Source: Candidatus Cloacimonadota bacterium
GTDB lineage: Bacteria; Cloacimonadota; Cloacimonadia; G963667145
Direction of reading: 5' to 3'
NCBI GenBank assembly: GCA_963667255.1
Contig: OY762940.1
Location: 416,001-480,000, forward strand
Length of the DNA: 64,000 nt
Part shown: piece by piece, positions 28,190-38,268 of the stretch
How positions within the stretch are numbered: the first letter of the stretch is position 1
Layout: each line of letters begins with the position of its first letter
Made by a program: the position numbers and the translations under genes
Notes under the pieces: model-generated
The model's database searches: none
What the model was told of the DNA's origin: nothing
Seen by the model: the letters and a program-made list of their open reading frames with translations, nothing else

Positions 28190-28798
28190 TTACAGGCTTT
28201 CTATAATTTCGACATCTTCAGGGAAAGAAAGATTGAAAATAGAATCGTCCAAAAAATTCTTAAACCTCAAATCAGAAAATTCGTAAGATACGGAATTTTC
28301 CTCAAAATCGCAATATTTCACCTTGTTTATTTTCCCGTTTTTGATTCCGATTTCCACTTTGGCAATATTCTCATTTTTGGCTATATCTGGTGAAAAACTG
28401 TAAAAAATCTCCTCTTTTTGAGTAAATTTGCGGAAATTCTTAGCATTTTTCACAAATTTGGAGACCATCACATTAGGCCAAAAAACCAAAGTCGGAGCGG
28501 AAACAATCTTTTGATTACTCTTTTCGATATAAACTATCGACTGCAAAGTGTCGGCGTAAATCAATTGTTTGTCCGGCTTTTCATAATCAATCAAAAGTCT
28601 CTTGTTATCAAAAAAAATCTTTCCGACATAAACTTCTCTGCTTTTGGCAAGACTGACGAAATTTGTCTGCTTAATCTCTGCTTGAAACGCTTTTATCTGC
28701 AAGAATCCATCGACAGCCTTTTGCAACTCGCTCGGTATCTCTTCAGCCCAAAGAAGCCCGAAACACAAAAAAATAAAAACCCAAACTTTATTAAACAT
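28190..28798 (-). CDS. lolA: Outer-membrane lipoprotein carrier LolA-like
   Basis: Signal peptide, FQAEIKQ, IDYEKPDKQLIYAD; directly downstream of ftsK. Confidence 0.8.
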   Translation of the reverse strand: MFNKVWVFIFLCFGLLWAEEIPSELQKAVDGFLQIKAFQAEIKQTNFVSLAKSREVYVGKIFFDNKRLLIDYEKPDKQLIYADTLQSIVYIEKSNQKIVSAPTLVFWPNVMVSKFVKNAKNFRKFTQKEEIFYSFSPDIAKNENIAKVEIGIKNGKINKVKYCDFEENSVSYEFSDLRFKNFLDDSIFNLSFPEDVEIIESL

Positions 28799-31085
28799 AG
28801 CCCAAAATCCTCAACTCTTCTTCCGTCGCTCTCACTTCCCGCGGCTTGCTCCCCAGATGTGGTCCGATTATCCCCGCTTGCTCCAACAAATCGATTAATC
28901 TGCCCGCTCTGGCGTAACCTATTTTGAAATGCCTCTGCAGCATCGAAACCGAAGCCGTTTTGCTCTCAACGATAAACTTCGCTGCCTCCACAAATAGGTC
29001 ATCTTCCTGCTCAAAACCATTGCTTATAATGTCGGCTTCCTCGGTAAACAATTGCAAATTATCTTTCGGTTTCGGCTGAGTTTTCAGATACTCCACCACG
29101 CTCTCTATCTCCTCATCAGAGATATAAGCACCGTGAACCCTTATCACATCAGATTTCCCCGGAGCCAAAAACAACATATCGCCTCGTCCCAGCAATTTTT
29201 CCGCTCCATTAGCATCCAAGATAACGCGAGAATCTATTTTGGAGGAAACCCGAAAAGCTATTCGCGAAGGGAAATTCGCCTTAATGATACCGGTAATAAC
29301 TTGGGTTGACGGGCGTTGAGTCGCCAAAATCAGATGAAATCCCACAGCTCTACCCATCTGTGCCAAACGGGTAATCGGCTTTTCGATGTCCTTTCCTGCG
29401 GTCATTATCAAATCCGCAAATTCATCCACCACCAACACAATATACGGCAATTTCTTCACTCTCTCCGCTTCCGCCAGATGTCCCTGTTTCAGACCATCAA
29501 CTACTTTATTAAACGAAAACAAATCACGAACATTGTATTTTTGCAACAACATATACCGCTCATCCATCTCCTTCGCAGCCCAGTTCAAAGCTCCCAAACT
29601 ATCCTCAGGCAAAGTTATGATTTCGTGCAAAAGATGGGGGATATCCGCATAACCTGATAACTCAATTTTCTTTGGGTCTATCATTATCATCCGCATCTCG
29701 TCCGGCGTGAGATTAAACAGCAGAGAGTTTATTATCGTATTAATGCAAACACTTTTGCCCGAGCCGGTAGCACCAGCGATGAGCAAATGCGGTGTTTTGG
29801 ACAAATCGGTTACCACAGGATTTCCCACAATATCCACACCCAGAGCGATAGGCAAAAACATATTTTTTTTGTATCCCTCCAAAACTTTGCGGAGAGTAAT
29901 CGTCTCTATTTTCTCATTGGGAAGCTCTATGCCAATCTTGTCCTCGCCTGGAATAGGAGCTTGCACTCTTATGGAGAAGGCTCTCAACGCCAAAGAAAGG
30001 TCGTCTTGCAAAGAGATAAACCGACTAACCTTAACTCCGGGGGAGGGCTTCAACTCAAATTGCGTAATCACAGGTCCATAATTGACCCCGACAACCTTGG
30101 CTTCCACTCCGAACTCAGCCAATTTTTTCTCCAAAATAGAAGCAATTTTATCCGACCTGCTCTTCAATTTGGAGAGATTTTTCGCCGTTTCTACGGGAAC
30201 AGCTTTTAGAAAAACATCAACTCTCGGCAAAACAAATTTTTCAGTGCTGCTAACTTGTTGATTATGCTCTTTTTGTGAAGATGTTCCATGTGGAACAAAT
30301 TTTTCAGTATTTTTTGTATCAGACTTATTTTCCTTTATCTTATCATTCTTCGGTTCTTCTGGAAAAGCGAACTCTTCAAATACGCTTTCACTAACACCAT
30401 CAAACACAATTTCTCTCGTTTGCTCGGTAGTAAGTTCTTTTGGAGTTCTTTTAAAAATTCCCGAAAGAGTTTTTGGCGTATTTAACGGGTTTCCGAAACA
30501 GAATATCTTTTTAATCCAAACACAAATTTTTTCCGTTTCTTTGTATGTTTTGTTTATTCCTTTACCAATTGCTTCAAAAAAAGAGAAGATTTTGTTCAGT
30601 TCCAAAAACAAAACAAAGAAGAAACAAGAAACAAAAAAAGAGACGATTGCCGAACCGACTTTGCCAAGAACTTGCGAAAAGAAAGATAAATAGTTCTCAC
30701 CCAAAATTCCAACAGGGGAAGAGAAAGCATTCAGGTGAATGAGAAAAAAATAGAAGAAAGATGCAAACAGAAAAAAGCCGAAAAGTTTACTAACCCAAAG
30801 ACCTATTCGAACAGGCAAAAGCAAAATCAATCCCAAGAGAAAAAGAACGAAGCTGACCAAGTAAACAAAGTAGTTTCCAAAAATCAAATATCCCCAAAAA
30901 CTAATCACGAGACCAAAAACTCCTACGGGATTAGAAGTGACAACGCCAAACTTCTCACTGCCCTTTATGGAGGCAAAAGTCCGATAGTCAAAAAGCGTGT
31001 CCACATATCCGGCAGACAGAGCGATAAAAACAAGGGCGGAAAATAAAATAATTACTCCGCCCCAAAAAAATCTTCTTTTACTCAT
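28791..31085 (-). CDS. ftsK: DNA translocase FtsK
   Basis: N-terminal TMs, PHLLIAGATGSGKS, VDEFADL, ATQRPS, gamma domain IGYARAGR. Confidence 0.96.
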   Translation of the reverse strand: MSKRRFFWGGVIILFSALVFIALSAGYVDTLFDYRTFASIKGSEKFGVVTSNPVGVFGLVISFWGYLIFGNYFVYLVSFVLFLLGLILLLPVRIGLWVSKLFGFFLFASFFYFFLIHLNAFSSPVGILGENYLSFFSQVLGKVGSAIVSFFVSCFFFVLFLELNKIFSFFEAIGKGINKTYKETEKICVWIKKIFCFGNPLNTPKTLSGIFKRTPKELTTEQTREIVFDGVSESVFEEFAFPEEPKNDKIKENKSDTKNTEKFVPHGTSSQKEHNQQVSSTEKFVLPRVDVFLKAVPVETAKNLSKLKSRSDKIASILEKKLAEFGVEAKVVGVNYGPVITQFELKPSPGVKVSRFISLQDDLSLALRAFSIRVQAPIPGEDKIGIELPNEKIETITLRKVLEGYKKNMFLPIALGVDIVGNPVVTDLSKTPHLLIAGATGSGKSVCINTIINSLLFNLTPDEMRMIMIDPKKIELSGYADIPHLLHEIITLPEDSLGALNWAAKEMDERYMLLQKYNVRDLFSFNKVVDGLKQGHLAEAERVKKLPYIVLVVDEFADLIMTAGKDIEKPITRLAQMGRAVGFHLILATQRPSTQVITGIIKANFPSRIAFRVSSKIDSRVILDANGAEKLLGRGDMLFLAPGKSDVIRVHGAYISDEEIESVVEYLKTQPKPKDNLQLFTEEADIISNGFEQEDDLFVEAAKFIVESKTASVSMLQRHFKIGYARAGRLIDLLEQAGIIGPHLGSKPREVRATEEELRILGYV
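30282..30297. promoter_or_regulatory. parS centromere-like site inside the ftsK linker
   Basis: TGTTCCATGTGGAACA, 15/16 match to the palindrome TGTTCCACGTGGAACA. Confidence 0.8.
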
Positions 31086-31111
31086 TATAAACCAAACTCT
31101 CCTAACAGCTC

Positions 31112-32185
31112 TTAAACATTAAATCTAAAATTGATAATATCTCCATCCTTGACCACATACTCTTTTCCCTCCAGACGCAAAAGTCCTTTACTCTTGGCAA
31201 CAAACATAGAGCCACACTCCTTGAAATCGGTAAACGAAATGGTCTCGGCTCTAATAAACCCTCTCTGAATATCGGAATGAATTTTGCCCGCAGCCTCGGG
31301 AGCAAGAGTCCCGTTTTTGATAGTCCAAGCTCGCACTTCCTTTTCTCCAGCTGTAAGGAAGCTAATCAAATTCAGAAGCTTGTAACTGCTAAGCACAATT
31401 TTATCCAAACCAGACTTGTCCAAACCCATATCTTGCAAAAATTCCGCCTTGTCTTCCAGTTGAGCAATTTCGTTCTCTATCTCCGCAGAAATCATCACCA
31501 CTTGGTCATCGCCAACCTCTTTCTCCAAATCTCGCACAAATTCGTTACCGCTCAAAATATCCTCTTCTCCCACATTTGCCACATACAACACCGGTTTGTA
31601 GCTGAGAAGATTCAAATTTTTGACCTCTTCTCGCTCATCATCGGAAAAAGCAATCTCTCTTATCGATTTGCCCTCATCCAATTGTGCGGACAGCCTCTCC
31701 AGCAAATCCACTCTCTTGGCAATAGTTTTGTCCGCCTTCAGCTGCTTTTTCGCCTTCTCAATCTGCCTCTCCAAAAACTGTTGGTCGGCAATCATCAGTT
31801 CCAGATTAATCGTCTGCACATCTCCCACAGGGTCAACTTTCCCATTCACATGAATAATCTTGTCGTTCTCAAAACATCTGACCAAATGCACTATCGCCGC
31901 AACCTCTCGAATGTTCGCCAAAAATTTATTCCCAAGACCTTCTCCTTGAGAAGCACCTTTTACCAAACCTGCAATATCGTAAAACTCAATGGAAGTATAA
32001 ACCTTAGATTTGGAATTGTAAAAATTCTCCAAAAATTCCAATCTCTCGTCAGGAACAGACACCACTCCGACATTCGGCTCTATTGTGCAAAACGGGTAAT
32101 TAGCTGACTCTGCTCCCGCACAAGTTATAGCATTAAATAGGGTGCTTTTCCCAACATTCGGCAATCCGACAATTCCTAATTTCAT
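31112..32185 (-). CDS. ychF: Redox-regulated ATPase YchF
   Basis: GLPNVGKST, NYPFCTIEPN, DIAGLV, GFIRAE. Confidence 0.96.
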   Translation of the reverse strand: MKLGIVGLPNVGKSTLFNAITCAGAESANYPFCTIEPNVGVVSVPDERLEFLENFYNSKSKVYTSIEFYDIAGLVKGASQGEGLGNKFLANIREVAAIVHLVRCFENDKIIHVNGKVDPVGDVQTINLELMIADQQFLERQIEKAKKQLKADKTIAKRVDLLERLSAQLDEGKSIREIAFSDDEREEVKNLNLLSYKPVLYVANVGEEDILSGNEFVRDLEKEVGDDQVVMISAEIENEIAQLEDKAEFLQDMGLDKSGLDKIVLSSYKLLNLISFLTAGEKEVRAWTIKNGTLAPEAAGKIHSDIQRGFIRAETISFTDFKECGSMFVAKSKGLLRLEGKEYVVKDGDIINFRFNV

Positions 32186-32337
32186 GATCTATCTTAATCC
32201 TAATTCTCAATATTTGATACAGGCAATCAAAAAATAAAACAAGCAATGTCAACCAAATTTACTGAAAATCAAAATTTCCTTGACATAAGAACAAAATTCT
32301 ATCCCTAATACTGAAAAACCTTTCTTTAGGAGATATT

Positions 32338-32880
32338 ATGCAAATAAGTATGACAGCCAGACACTTCGAGTTAACAGATTCAGTTAAGGACTTTATCAAC
32401 ACAACCTGCGAACACTTTTCGCTCTATTTCGAAAACATCATTGATGTGAAAGTAATCTTGGATTACAATAGCTCCAAAACAAACAATTTGTCTGTTTCCA
32501 TCAGTGTTCACTCTTCTGGAAACGATTTCAGAGCGGAAACCGAGGATGACGATTTGTTTAAAGCCGTAGACCTCTGTGCTCAAAAGATAGAAAGCCAACT
32601 TAAAAAAGAAAGAAAAAAAGAGATTAGCAATCATAAAAACAAAAGTAAAAACTATTCCAAAAGGTCAAAAAGTTTACTATTCAAAAAAGGTCGTGGCGAC
32701 GAAAACAAAATTGAATTGGAAGAAAATATCTTCTTCAGCACTCCTATGGAAACCGACGATGCCATAAAACACATGGAAGAGAACGATTTGAACTACTTCG
32801 TTTATAGAAATACAAAATCCGAAAAAGTTGATACTATCATCAAAATTGATGATGAACATTACAAAATAATCGAAGCTTAA
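32338..32880 (+). CDS. hpf: Ribosome hibernation promoting factor (long form)
   Basis: MQISMTARHFELT...DLFKAVD...C-terminal PMETDDAI..YFVYRN. Confidence 0.85.
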   Translation: MQISMTARHFELTDSVKDFINTTCEHFSLYFENIIDVKVILDYNSSKTNNLSVSISVHSSGNDFRAETEDDDLFKAVDLCAQKIESQLKKERKKEISNHKNKSKNYSKRSKSLLFKKGRGDENKIELEENIFFSTPMETDDAIKHMEENDLNYFVYRNTKSEKVDTIIKIDDEHYKIIEA

Positions 32881-32900
32881 ATTTTTCTCTATCTAATTTA

Positions 32901-33839
32901 ATGAAAAAACTTACCTCTCAAGAACTTTTTGATTTACTGGGAAAAGACCAAATCCTCAGCAAGATAACTGACGAAAAGACTTTTTCCACTGTAATCACTA
33001 ACCCGTATATCAACCGACCGGGGCTCGCTCTTGCCGGATATTTTGAAAGGTTTTCGTATGATCGTGTGCAGATTTTGGGCGACCCCGAAGTTGGCTATAT
33101 CCAAAGTTGTGCCAAAGACAAAATGTATGACATCCTTAAAAAAATGTTCACTTACAACATTCCTTGTCTGTTTTTTTGCAAAGGCAACACCGTCCCGAGT
33201 TACATTACCATTTTGGCAAACGAATCCAATATCCCTATTATCCAAACTCCCACTTCTACGGACAACCTGCTAAGTTTGCTCTCGCAACAGCTGGGAATAT
33301 TCTTCAGCCCTCGCACTATCGAACATTCCACTTTCCTTGATATCTATGGTGCCGGAGTGCTTATTACTGGTAAAAGCGGAGTGGGGAAAAGCGAGAGTGC
33401 TTTGGACTTGATAGAGAGAGGTCATCGACTCATCTGCGACGACTCCACCAGTATCTCCAAAATGCCCAACGGTTCACTGCTTGGCACATCTACGAGGGAA
33501 GACAGCTCTTTCATGGAGATAAGAGGTATCGGGATAGTCGATATTCAAAAAATGTTCGGGATACAAGCCATCAAGAAAAAGAAAAGCTTGGATATGATTA
33601 TCGAGCTTGTCCCGTATAATGTAAACAAAAATTACGATTCGATAAACACTGAGAGGCTGGATAATAAAAAATTTAGAAGTATTTTGCAAACGCCCGTTCC
33701 GCTTTTTCAACTTCCAGTTTCTCCTGGTAAAAATATGTCAATCCTCATAGAGACAGCTGTGCTCAACTTCCTCTCGATTTCTATGGGCTACGATGCGGCT
33801 AAGACCTATATAGAAAAACAAAAGAAATTTTTTAAATAA
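32901..33839 (+). CDS. hprK: HPr kinase/phosphorylase
   Basis: RPGLALAG, GKSGVGKSE, DD, EIRGIGI, PGKN. Confidence 0.95.
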   Translation: MKKLTSQELFDLLGKDQILSKITDEKTFSTVITNPYINRPGLALAGYFERFSYDRVQILGDPEVGYIQSCAKDKMYDILKKMFTYNIPCLFFCKGNTVPSYITILANESNIPIIQTPTSTDNLLSLLSQQLGIFFSPRTIEHSTFLDIYGAGVLITGKSGVGKSESALDLIERGHRLICDDSTSISKMPNGSLLGTSTREDSSFMEIRGIGIVDIQKMFGIQAIKKKKSLDMIIELVPYNVNKNYDSINTERLDNKKFRSILQTPVPLFQLPVSPGKNMSILIETAVLNFLSISMGYDAAKTYIEKQKKFFK

Positions 33840-33841
33840 TT

Positions 33842-34114
33842 ATGATTTCCAAAACAGTAACTATAAGCAACAAATCTGGCATTCATGCCAGACCGGCACA
33901 GCTGATTGTCCAAACAGCAGAGGAGTTCTCTTCTGAAATTTTTTTGGAGAAAATCGACGAGGGATTTAAGGCAAACGCCAAAAGTATCTTCAATGTGATG
34001 GCAATGGCAGGAGAATGTGGCGACAATATTCAGATTACCACCAACGGTGATGACGAAGACGAGGCTCTGGAAGCGATGTTAGATTTATTCGACAGAAATT
34101 TTACCAATGAGTAA
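33842..34114 (+). CDS. ptsH: Phosphocarrier protein HPr
   Basis: GIHARPA (His15), NAKSI (Ser46). Confidence 0.95.
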   Translation: MISKTVTISNKSGIHARPAQLIVQTAEEFSSEIFLEKIDEGFKANAKSIFNVMAMAGECGDNIQITTNGDDEDEALEAMLDLFDRNFTNE

Positions 34115-35735
34115 GACAATAGAAAATGCCGGCTTTCCCCTTTGCGAAGGATGTGTGATAGGCAAAACGCTTAAAATAAGCGATGCCAAAAATCCCTATG
34201 AAAATAAATCCATCAAAAAAGAGGAAATCGAACAAGAGTTGCAACGACTGGAAAATTCGCTCGTTAAAGCCAATGAGGATATAGACAATACTCTGGAAAA
34301 TATCTCCTCGGAGAATAACAATCTCAACGAAATTATAAAAATTCACAAATCTATTTTGAACGACCCGGAGATTAAAAAAGGAATTATTGACCTCATAAAA
34401 AACAAATTGCACTCTATGGAACACGCTATCAATCAAAAATTTATGGAAATTGAAAACAGTTTTGCTACCATAAAAAACCCATATTTAAAAGAAAGAGTCA
34501 ACGATTATGTTTTTGTTAAAAACACACTTATCAATAAACCTGCGAAAAAAGAAGAGGGAGAAATAAACGAGCCGACCATTTTACTGATGAAAGATATCTC
34601 GCCAGAGCAAGTTATAAGATATCATAACAACAAAAACATTTTGGGAATTTGCCTCAAACACGGAAGCAGAACTTCCCACGCATCAATCATCATAAAATCA
34701 CTCAATCTGCCTGCCATTATAGAAACTTCTACAAACTACAAAAGCATCCCAAACAATAAATTGGTGGTTTTCAATTCGTATGAGAACAAACTGGTAATAA
34801 ATCCAGAAAAATCTGACATAATTGAATGCGACAGAATAATAGAAAAAGAACAAGAAAATTTGAATAAATTGCAAGAATTGGTAAAAAAACCGGCGATTAC
34901 CAAAAGTGGAAAACGCATAAAATTGAGAGCCAATCTGGAGTTTGAAGAAGAAATCCCTTTGGCAATAAAAAACGGTGCTGAAGGCGTTGGACTGTTAAGA
35001 ACAGAGATGTTTTATCTCAACCGTAAAATGTTACCGAGCAAAGAGGAACAATTTACCTATTACAAAAAAATCGTCTCCTCTTTTGAAAACAGCGTTACCA
35101 TCAGAACTTTGGATTTAGGTGGAGACAAAAACACTCTTCTGCTTAAAACAAAAAAAGAGGAAAACCCAAATCTTGGACTTAGAGGAATAAGGTTTTCGCT
35201 ATCAAAGCCGGAAATCTTCGTAGAGCAGTTGGAAGCTATTTTAATGGCATCAACTTATGGGAAAATAAAAATTTTACTCCCGATGGTTTCAAAAATAGAA
35301 GAGGTCCGCGAAACCAAAAAAATCTTAGATAATTGCAAAAAAAAACTAAGAGAAAAGAATATTCCTTTTGATAATAATATTCAATTAGGAGTTATGATAG
35401 AAGTGCCTTCGGCGGTCTTTGAAGTAGAATCTTTTGCTAAGGAATGCGATTTTTTTAGTATAGGAACAAACGATTTGACACAATATATTATGGCTATAGA
35501 TAGAAACAACGACCATGTGAAAGATTACTATGATGAAACAAATCCTGCAGTTTTAACCGCACTAAAAATAGTGGTAGATGGAGCCAAAAAACACAATAAA
35601 ACCGTTTCTCTCTGCGGAGAAATAGCATCAAATCCAGAGAAATTGAAAACTTTTATTGAATTAGATGTTGACGAAGTTAGCGTAAGCACAAGTTCATTAT
35701 TAAAAATAAAAGAAAAGATAATAAACTACAGATGA
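34107..35735 (+). CDS. ptsI: PTS enzyme I
   Basis: RTSHASI, GLLRTE, RTLDLGGDK, ENPNLGLRGIR, SIGTNDL, CGE. Confidence 0.95.
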   Translation: MSKTIENAGFPLCEGCVIGKTLKISDAKNPYENKSIKKEEIEQELQRLENSLVKANEDIDNTLENISSENNNLNEIIKIHKSILNDPEIKKGIIDLIKNKLHSMEHAINQKFMEIENSFATIKNPYLKERVNDYVFVKNTLINKPAKKEEGEINEPTILLMKDISPEQVIRYHNNKNILGICLKHGSRTSHASIIIKSLNLPAIIETSTNYKSIPNNKLVVFNSYENKLVINPEKSDIIECDRIIEKEQENLNKLQELVKKPAITKSGKRIKLRANLEFEEEIPLAIKNGAEGVGLLRTEMFYLNRKMLPSKEEQFTYYKKIVSSFENSVTIRTLDLGGDKNTLLLKTKKEENPNLGLRGIRFSLSKPEIFVEQLEAILMASTYGKIKILLPMVSKIEEVRETKKILDNCKKKLREKNIPFDNNIQLGVMIEVPSAVFEVESFAKECDFFSIGTNDLTQYIMAIDRNNDHVKDYYDETNPAVLTALKIVVDGAKKHNKTVSLCGEIASNPEKLKTFIELDVDEVSVSTSSLLKIKEKIINYR

Positions 35736-35977
35736 TAATTTTAATAAAACTAATAGATTTATACTCTTTGCTCATAGTCGTCAGAGCTGTTATTTCTTGG
35801 ATTAGCACTCCTACAAATAGCACTATTTATTACTATATCTATAAACTAACCGAACCTATGCTGGCCAAATTAAGATTTATCTCTTTGCGACTCAATTTAC
35901 CTTTCGATATCTCTCCAATAATTGTTCTTCTTGCCCTTAATTATATTAAAAAATTTTTGATTACCTATCATGTCTAA
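35732..35977 (+). CDS. YggT family membrane protein
   Basis: RAVISW...LTEPML...DISPII. Confidence 0.85.
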   Translation: MIILIKLIDLYSLLIVVRAVISWISTPTNSTIYYYIYKLTEPMLAKLRFISLRLNLPFDISPIIVLLALNYIKKFLITYHV

Positions 35978-36458
35978 AATAAAAAAGAGTTTTGCATTCA
36001 TTGTTCTATTACTAATTATTGCTGACCAGATTACCAAATATTTGGCATTGACTTTTTATAAAGAAATAGGTTTTTACTCATACTCTATCGTGGATGACTT
36101 TTTAAAGTTCACTTTTGCTAAAAATTTTGGTGCGGCTTTTTCTCTCGCTTTTTTTAAAAATAGCACCGCTAATAACTACTTTTTTATTTTTATAACAACC
36201 ATTGCAATTTTAATAATAGTTAAAATTTTAATAAAAACAGAAAAAAAACTGGAAATAGTAAGTTATTTTTTAATAATAGGCGGAGCTGTAGGAAATTTGA
36301 TAGATAGGGTAATCCACGGGTTTGTTATAGATTTTATTGATTGCGATTTTCCCGATATTATTATAGAAAGATGGCCGGTATTTAACTTAGCTGATTCCTA
36401 TATCTGCATTGCCATTTGCATTCTTATTATCCAATCCGTAAAGGTAGTAAAAAAATGA
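35970..36458 (+). CDS. lspA: Signal peptidase II
   Basis: DQITK, NFGAAFS, GAVGNLIDR, VIDFI, VFNLAD. Confidence 0.95.
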   Translation: MSKIKKSFAFIVLLLIIADQITKYLALTFYKEIGFYSYSIVDDFLKFTFAKNFGAAFSLAFFKNSTANNYFFIFITTIAILIIVKILIKTEKKLEIVSYFLIIGGAVGNLIDRVIHGFVIDFIDCDFPDIIIERWPVFNLADSYICIAICILIIQSVKVVKK

Positions 36459-36724
36459 AAAAAAACATAATTCCTAATAGTAAGACAGATTTTGCAAAAT
36501 TTGTCGCAAAAAGTGCCATAAATCTAATCTTAAGCGATAAGAATAATAAACAAGCTATGGAAAATTACCAATTAAAATTAAACTACGAAAAAAAACTCTT
36601 AAAAATAGATAAAAAAATAAACGAATTAAATTATAAAATAAAATCACTAAAAAATAAACTTTTTCTTATATTTATTGTTATGATAGTTGCTATTTTATAT
36701 TTTTCCGGAATAATTATTAAGTGA
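36455..36724 (+). CDS. Small hypothetical coiled-coil protein with C-terminal TM helix
   Basis: ATG overlaps the lspA stop; ends just before the dnaA SD. Confidence 0.55.
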   Translation: MKKNIIPNSKTDFAKFVAKSAINLILSDKNNKQAMENYQLKLNYEKKLLKIDKKINELNYKIKSLKNKLFLIFIVMIVAILYFSGIIIK

Positions 36725-36732
36725 GGTAAAAA

Positions 36733-38064
36733 ATGAATTCTTTAGACCAAGATATATGGGACAATATTCTAAATAAATTAGAAGAATCCATTAATGAACA
36801 GAGTTTCAACACTTTTTTCAAATATACTAACTTAATAGAGTTAAAAGAGAATGAGTTATCCATAGAGGTTGAAACAGACTTTGCTGCAGGATTTTTAAAC
36901 CAAAATTATGCAAAAACAGCAGAAGAGATAGCGTGGCAACTCTATGAAAAAAAATATAAAATAAGATTTTATGGAAAAAACAGACAAATATCTGTCGAAA
37001 AGAAAGAAGAAGAAAAAAACCAAATGACCACTAAAATAAAATTGAATGATAGGTTCACTTTTGACCAATTTGTTGTGGGTAAAAATAATAATTTTGCGTA
37101 TTCCGCTGCCTACGGCGTTTCAGAAAACCCGGGAACAAAATATAATCCACTATTTATTTATGGAAACTCTGGTATGGGAAAAACACACCTTATGCAAGCT
37201 ATTGGACACTATATACAAAATTGTTCCATAAAAAAGAAGGTTATTTACACAACATCCGAAAATTTTACAAACGAGTTAATACAATCTATTCAAACAAAAA
37301 CCACAGAAAGCTTTAGAAATAGTTATAGAAATGTTGATGTTCTCTTGATAGACGACATCCAATTTTTTAAACGGAAAGAATCATCTCAAGAAGAATTTTT
37401 TAGCACTTTTAATATTTTATATAATAACCAGAAACAAATAGTTATTACCAGTGATAAACCTCCAAAAGATTTGGATGGAATAGAAAAAAGATTGGTTAGT
37501 AGATTTGAGGGTGGTTTGACTGTGGATATATCTATCCCCGACTACGAAACTAGAGTAGCTATTGTAGAAAATAAAATAAAGAGAGATGGCACAAAATTAT
37601 CAAAAGAAGTAGTAAATTTTATTTGTGAAAACATCGTCGATAATATTAGATCACTCGAAGGAGCTATAACAAAATTATTAGCCTATTCATCTTTCCATAA
37701 TATCCAAACCGAAGAAATAGAAATAAACCTTGCAAAAGATATATTATCTTCGCTCATATCCAAAAAAATAGAAGCTTTAACTTTAGATAATATAAAAGAT
37801 AAAATATGTGAAAAATATAAAATAAGCAGTAAGGATATCTTTTCAAAAACAAAGAGAAAAGACATAGTATTCCCAAGACAAATCGGAATGTATTTATCAA
37901 ATTTCTTAATCCCACAATTAGCGTTAATTAACATAGCACAATATTATAAAAGAAAAGACCACTCAACCGTAATAAATGCACGAAGATTAATACAAAATAA
38001 AATGAAAGAAGATAAATCATTTTACTTAGAAATACAAAAACTTATAGAAAATATAAAATACTAA
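36733..38064 (+). CDS. dnaA: Chromosomal replication initiator DnaA
   Basis: YNPLFIYGNSGMGKTHL, LLIDDIQF, RLVSRF, NIRSLEGA, KDHSTV. Confidence 0.97.
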   Translation: MNSLDQDIWDNILNKLEESINEQSFNTFFKYTNLIELKENELSIEVETDFAAGFLNQNYAKTAEEIAWQLYEKKYKIRFYGKNRQISVEKKEEEKNQMTTKIKLNDRFTFDQFVVGKNNNFAYSAAYGVSENPGTKYNPLFIYGNSGMGKTHLMQAIGHYIQNCSIKKKVIYTTSENFTNELIQSIQTKTTESFRNSYRNVDVLLIDDIQFFKRKESSQEEFFSTFNILYNNQKQIVITSDKPPKDLDGIEKRLVSRFEGGLTVDISIPDYETRVAIVENKIKRDGTKLSKEVVNFICENIVDNIRSLEGAITKLLAYSSFHNIQTEEIEINLAKDILSSLISKKIEALTLDNIKDKICEKYKISSKDIFSKTKRKDIVFPRQIGMYLSNFLIPQLALINIAQYYKRKDHSTVINARRLIQNKMKEDKSFYLEIQKLIENIKY

Positions 38065-38250
38065 TAAACAATCAGTGCATAATAAAAAGGAAACATAAAG
38101 TAATACACAAAAACTAAATAAAAAAGAAAAAAATAAAACTAAAACCAAACAATTAATAAACAAAATATAATAAACCTAACTATCTTTTAAAAAAGAAAAT
38201 ATATATAATAAACACAAAAAAACAAAATCTACTACAACGATAAATTTAAA
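38062..38250. other. Putative oriC (A-rich DnaA-box variants followed by trio-like repeats)
   Basis: TAATA(A/C)AC(A/C) at 38062, 38101, 38154, 38168 and 38206; AGTGCATAA at 38074; CTA-CTA-CAA-CGA at 38229-38240; near the change in codon strand bias. Confidence 0.6.
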
Positions 38251-38268
38251 TAATAAGGTAAATAATAA

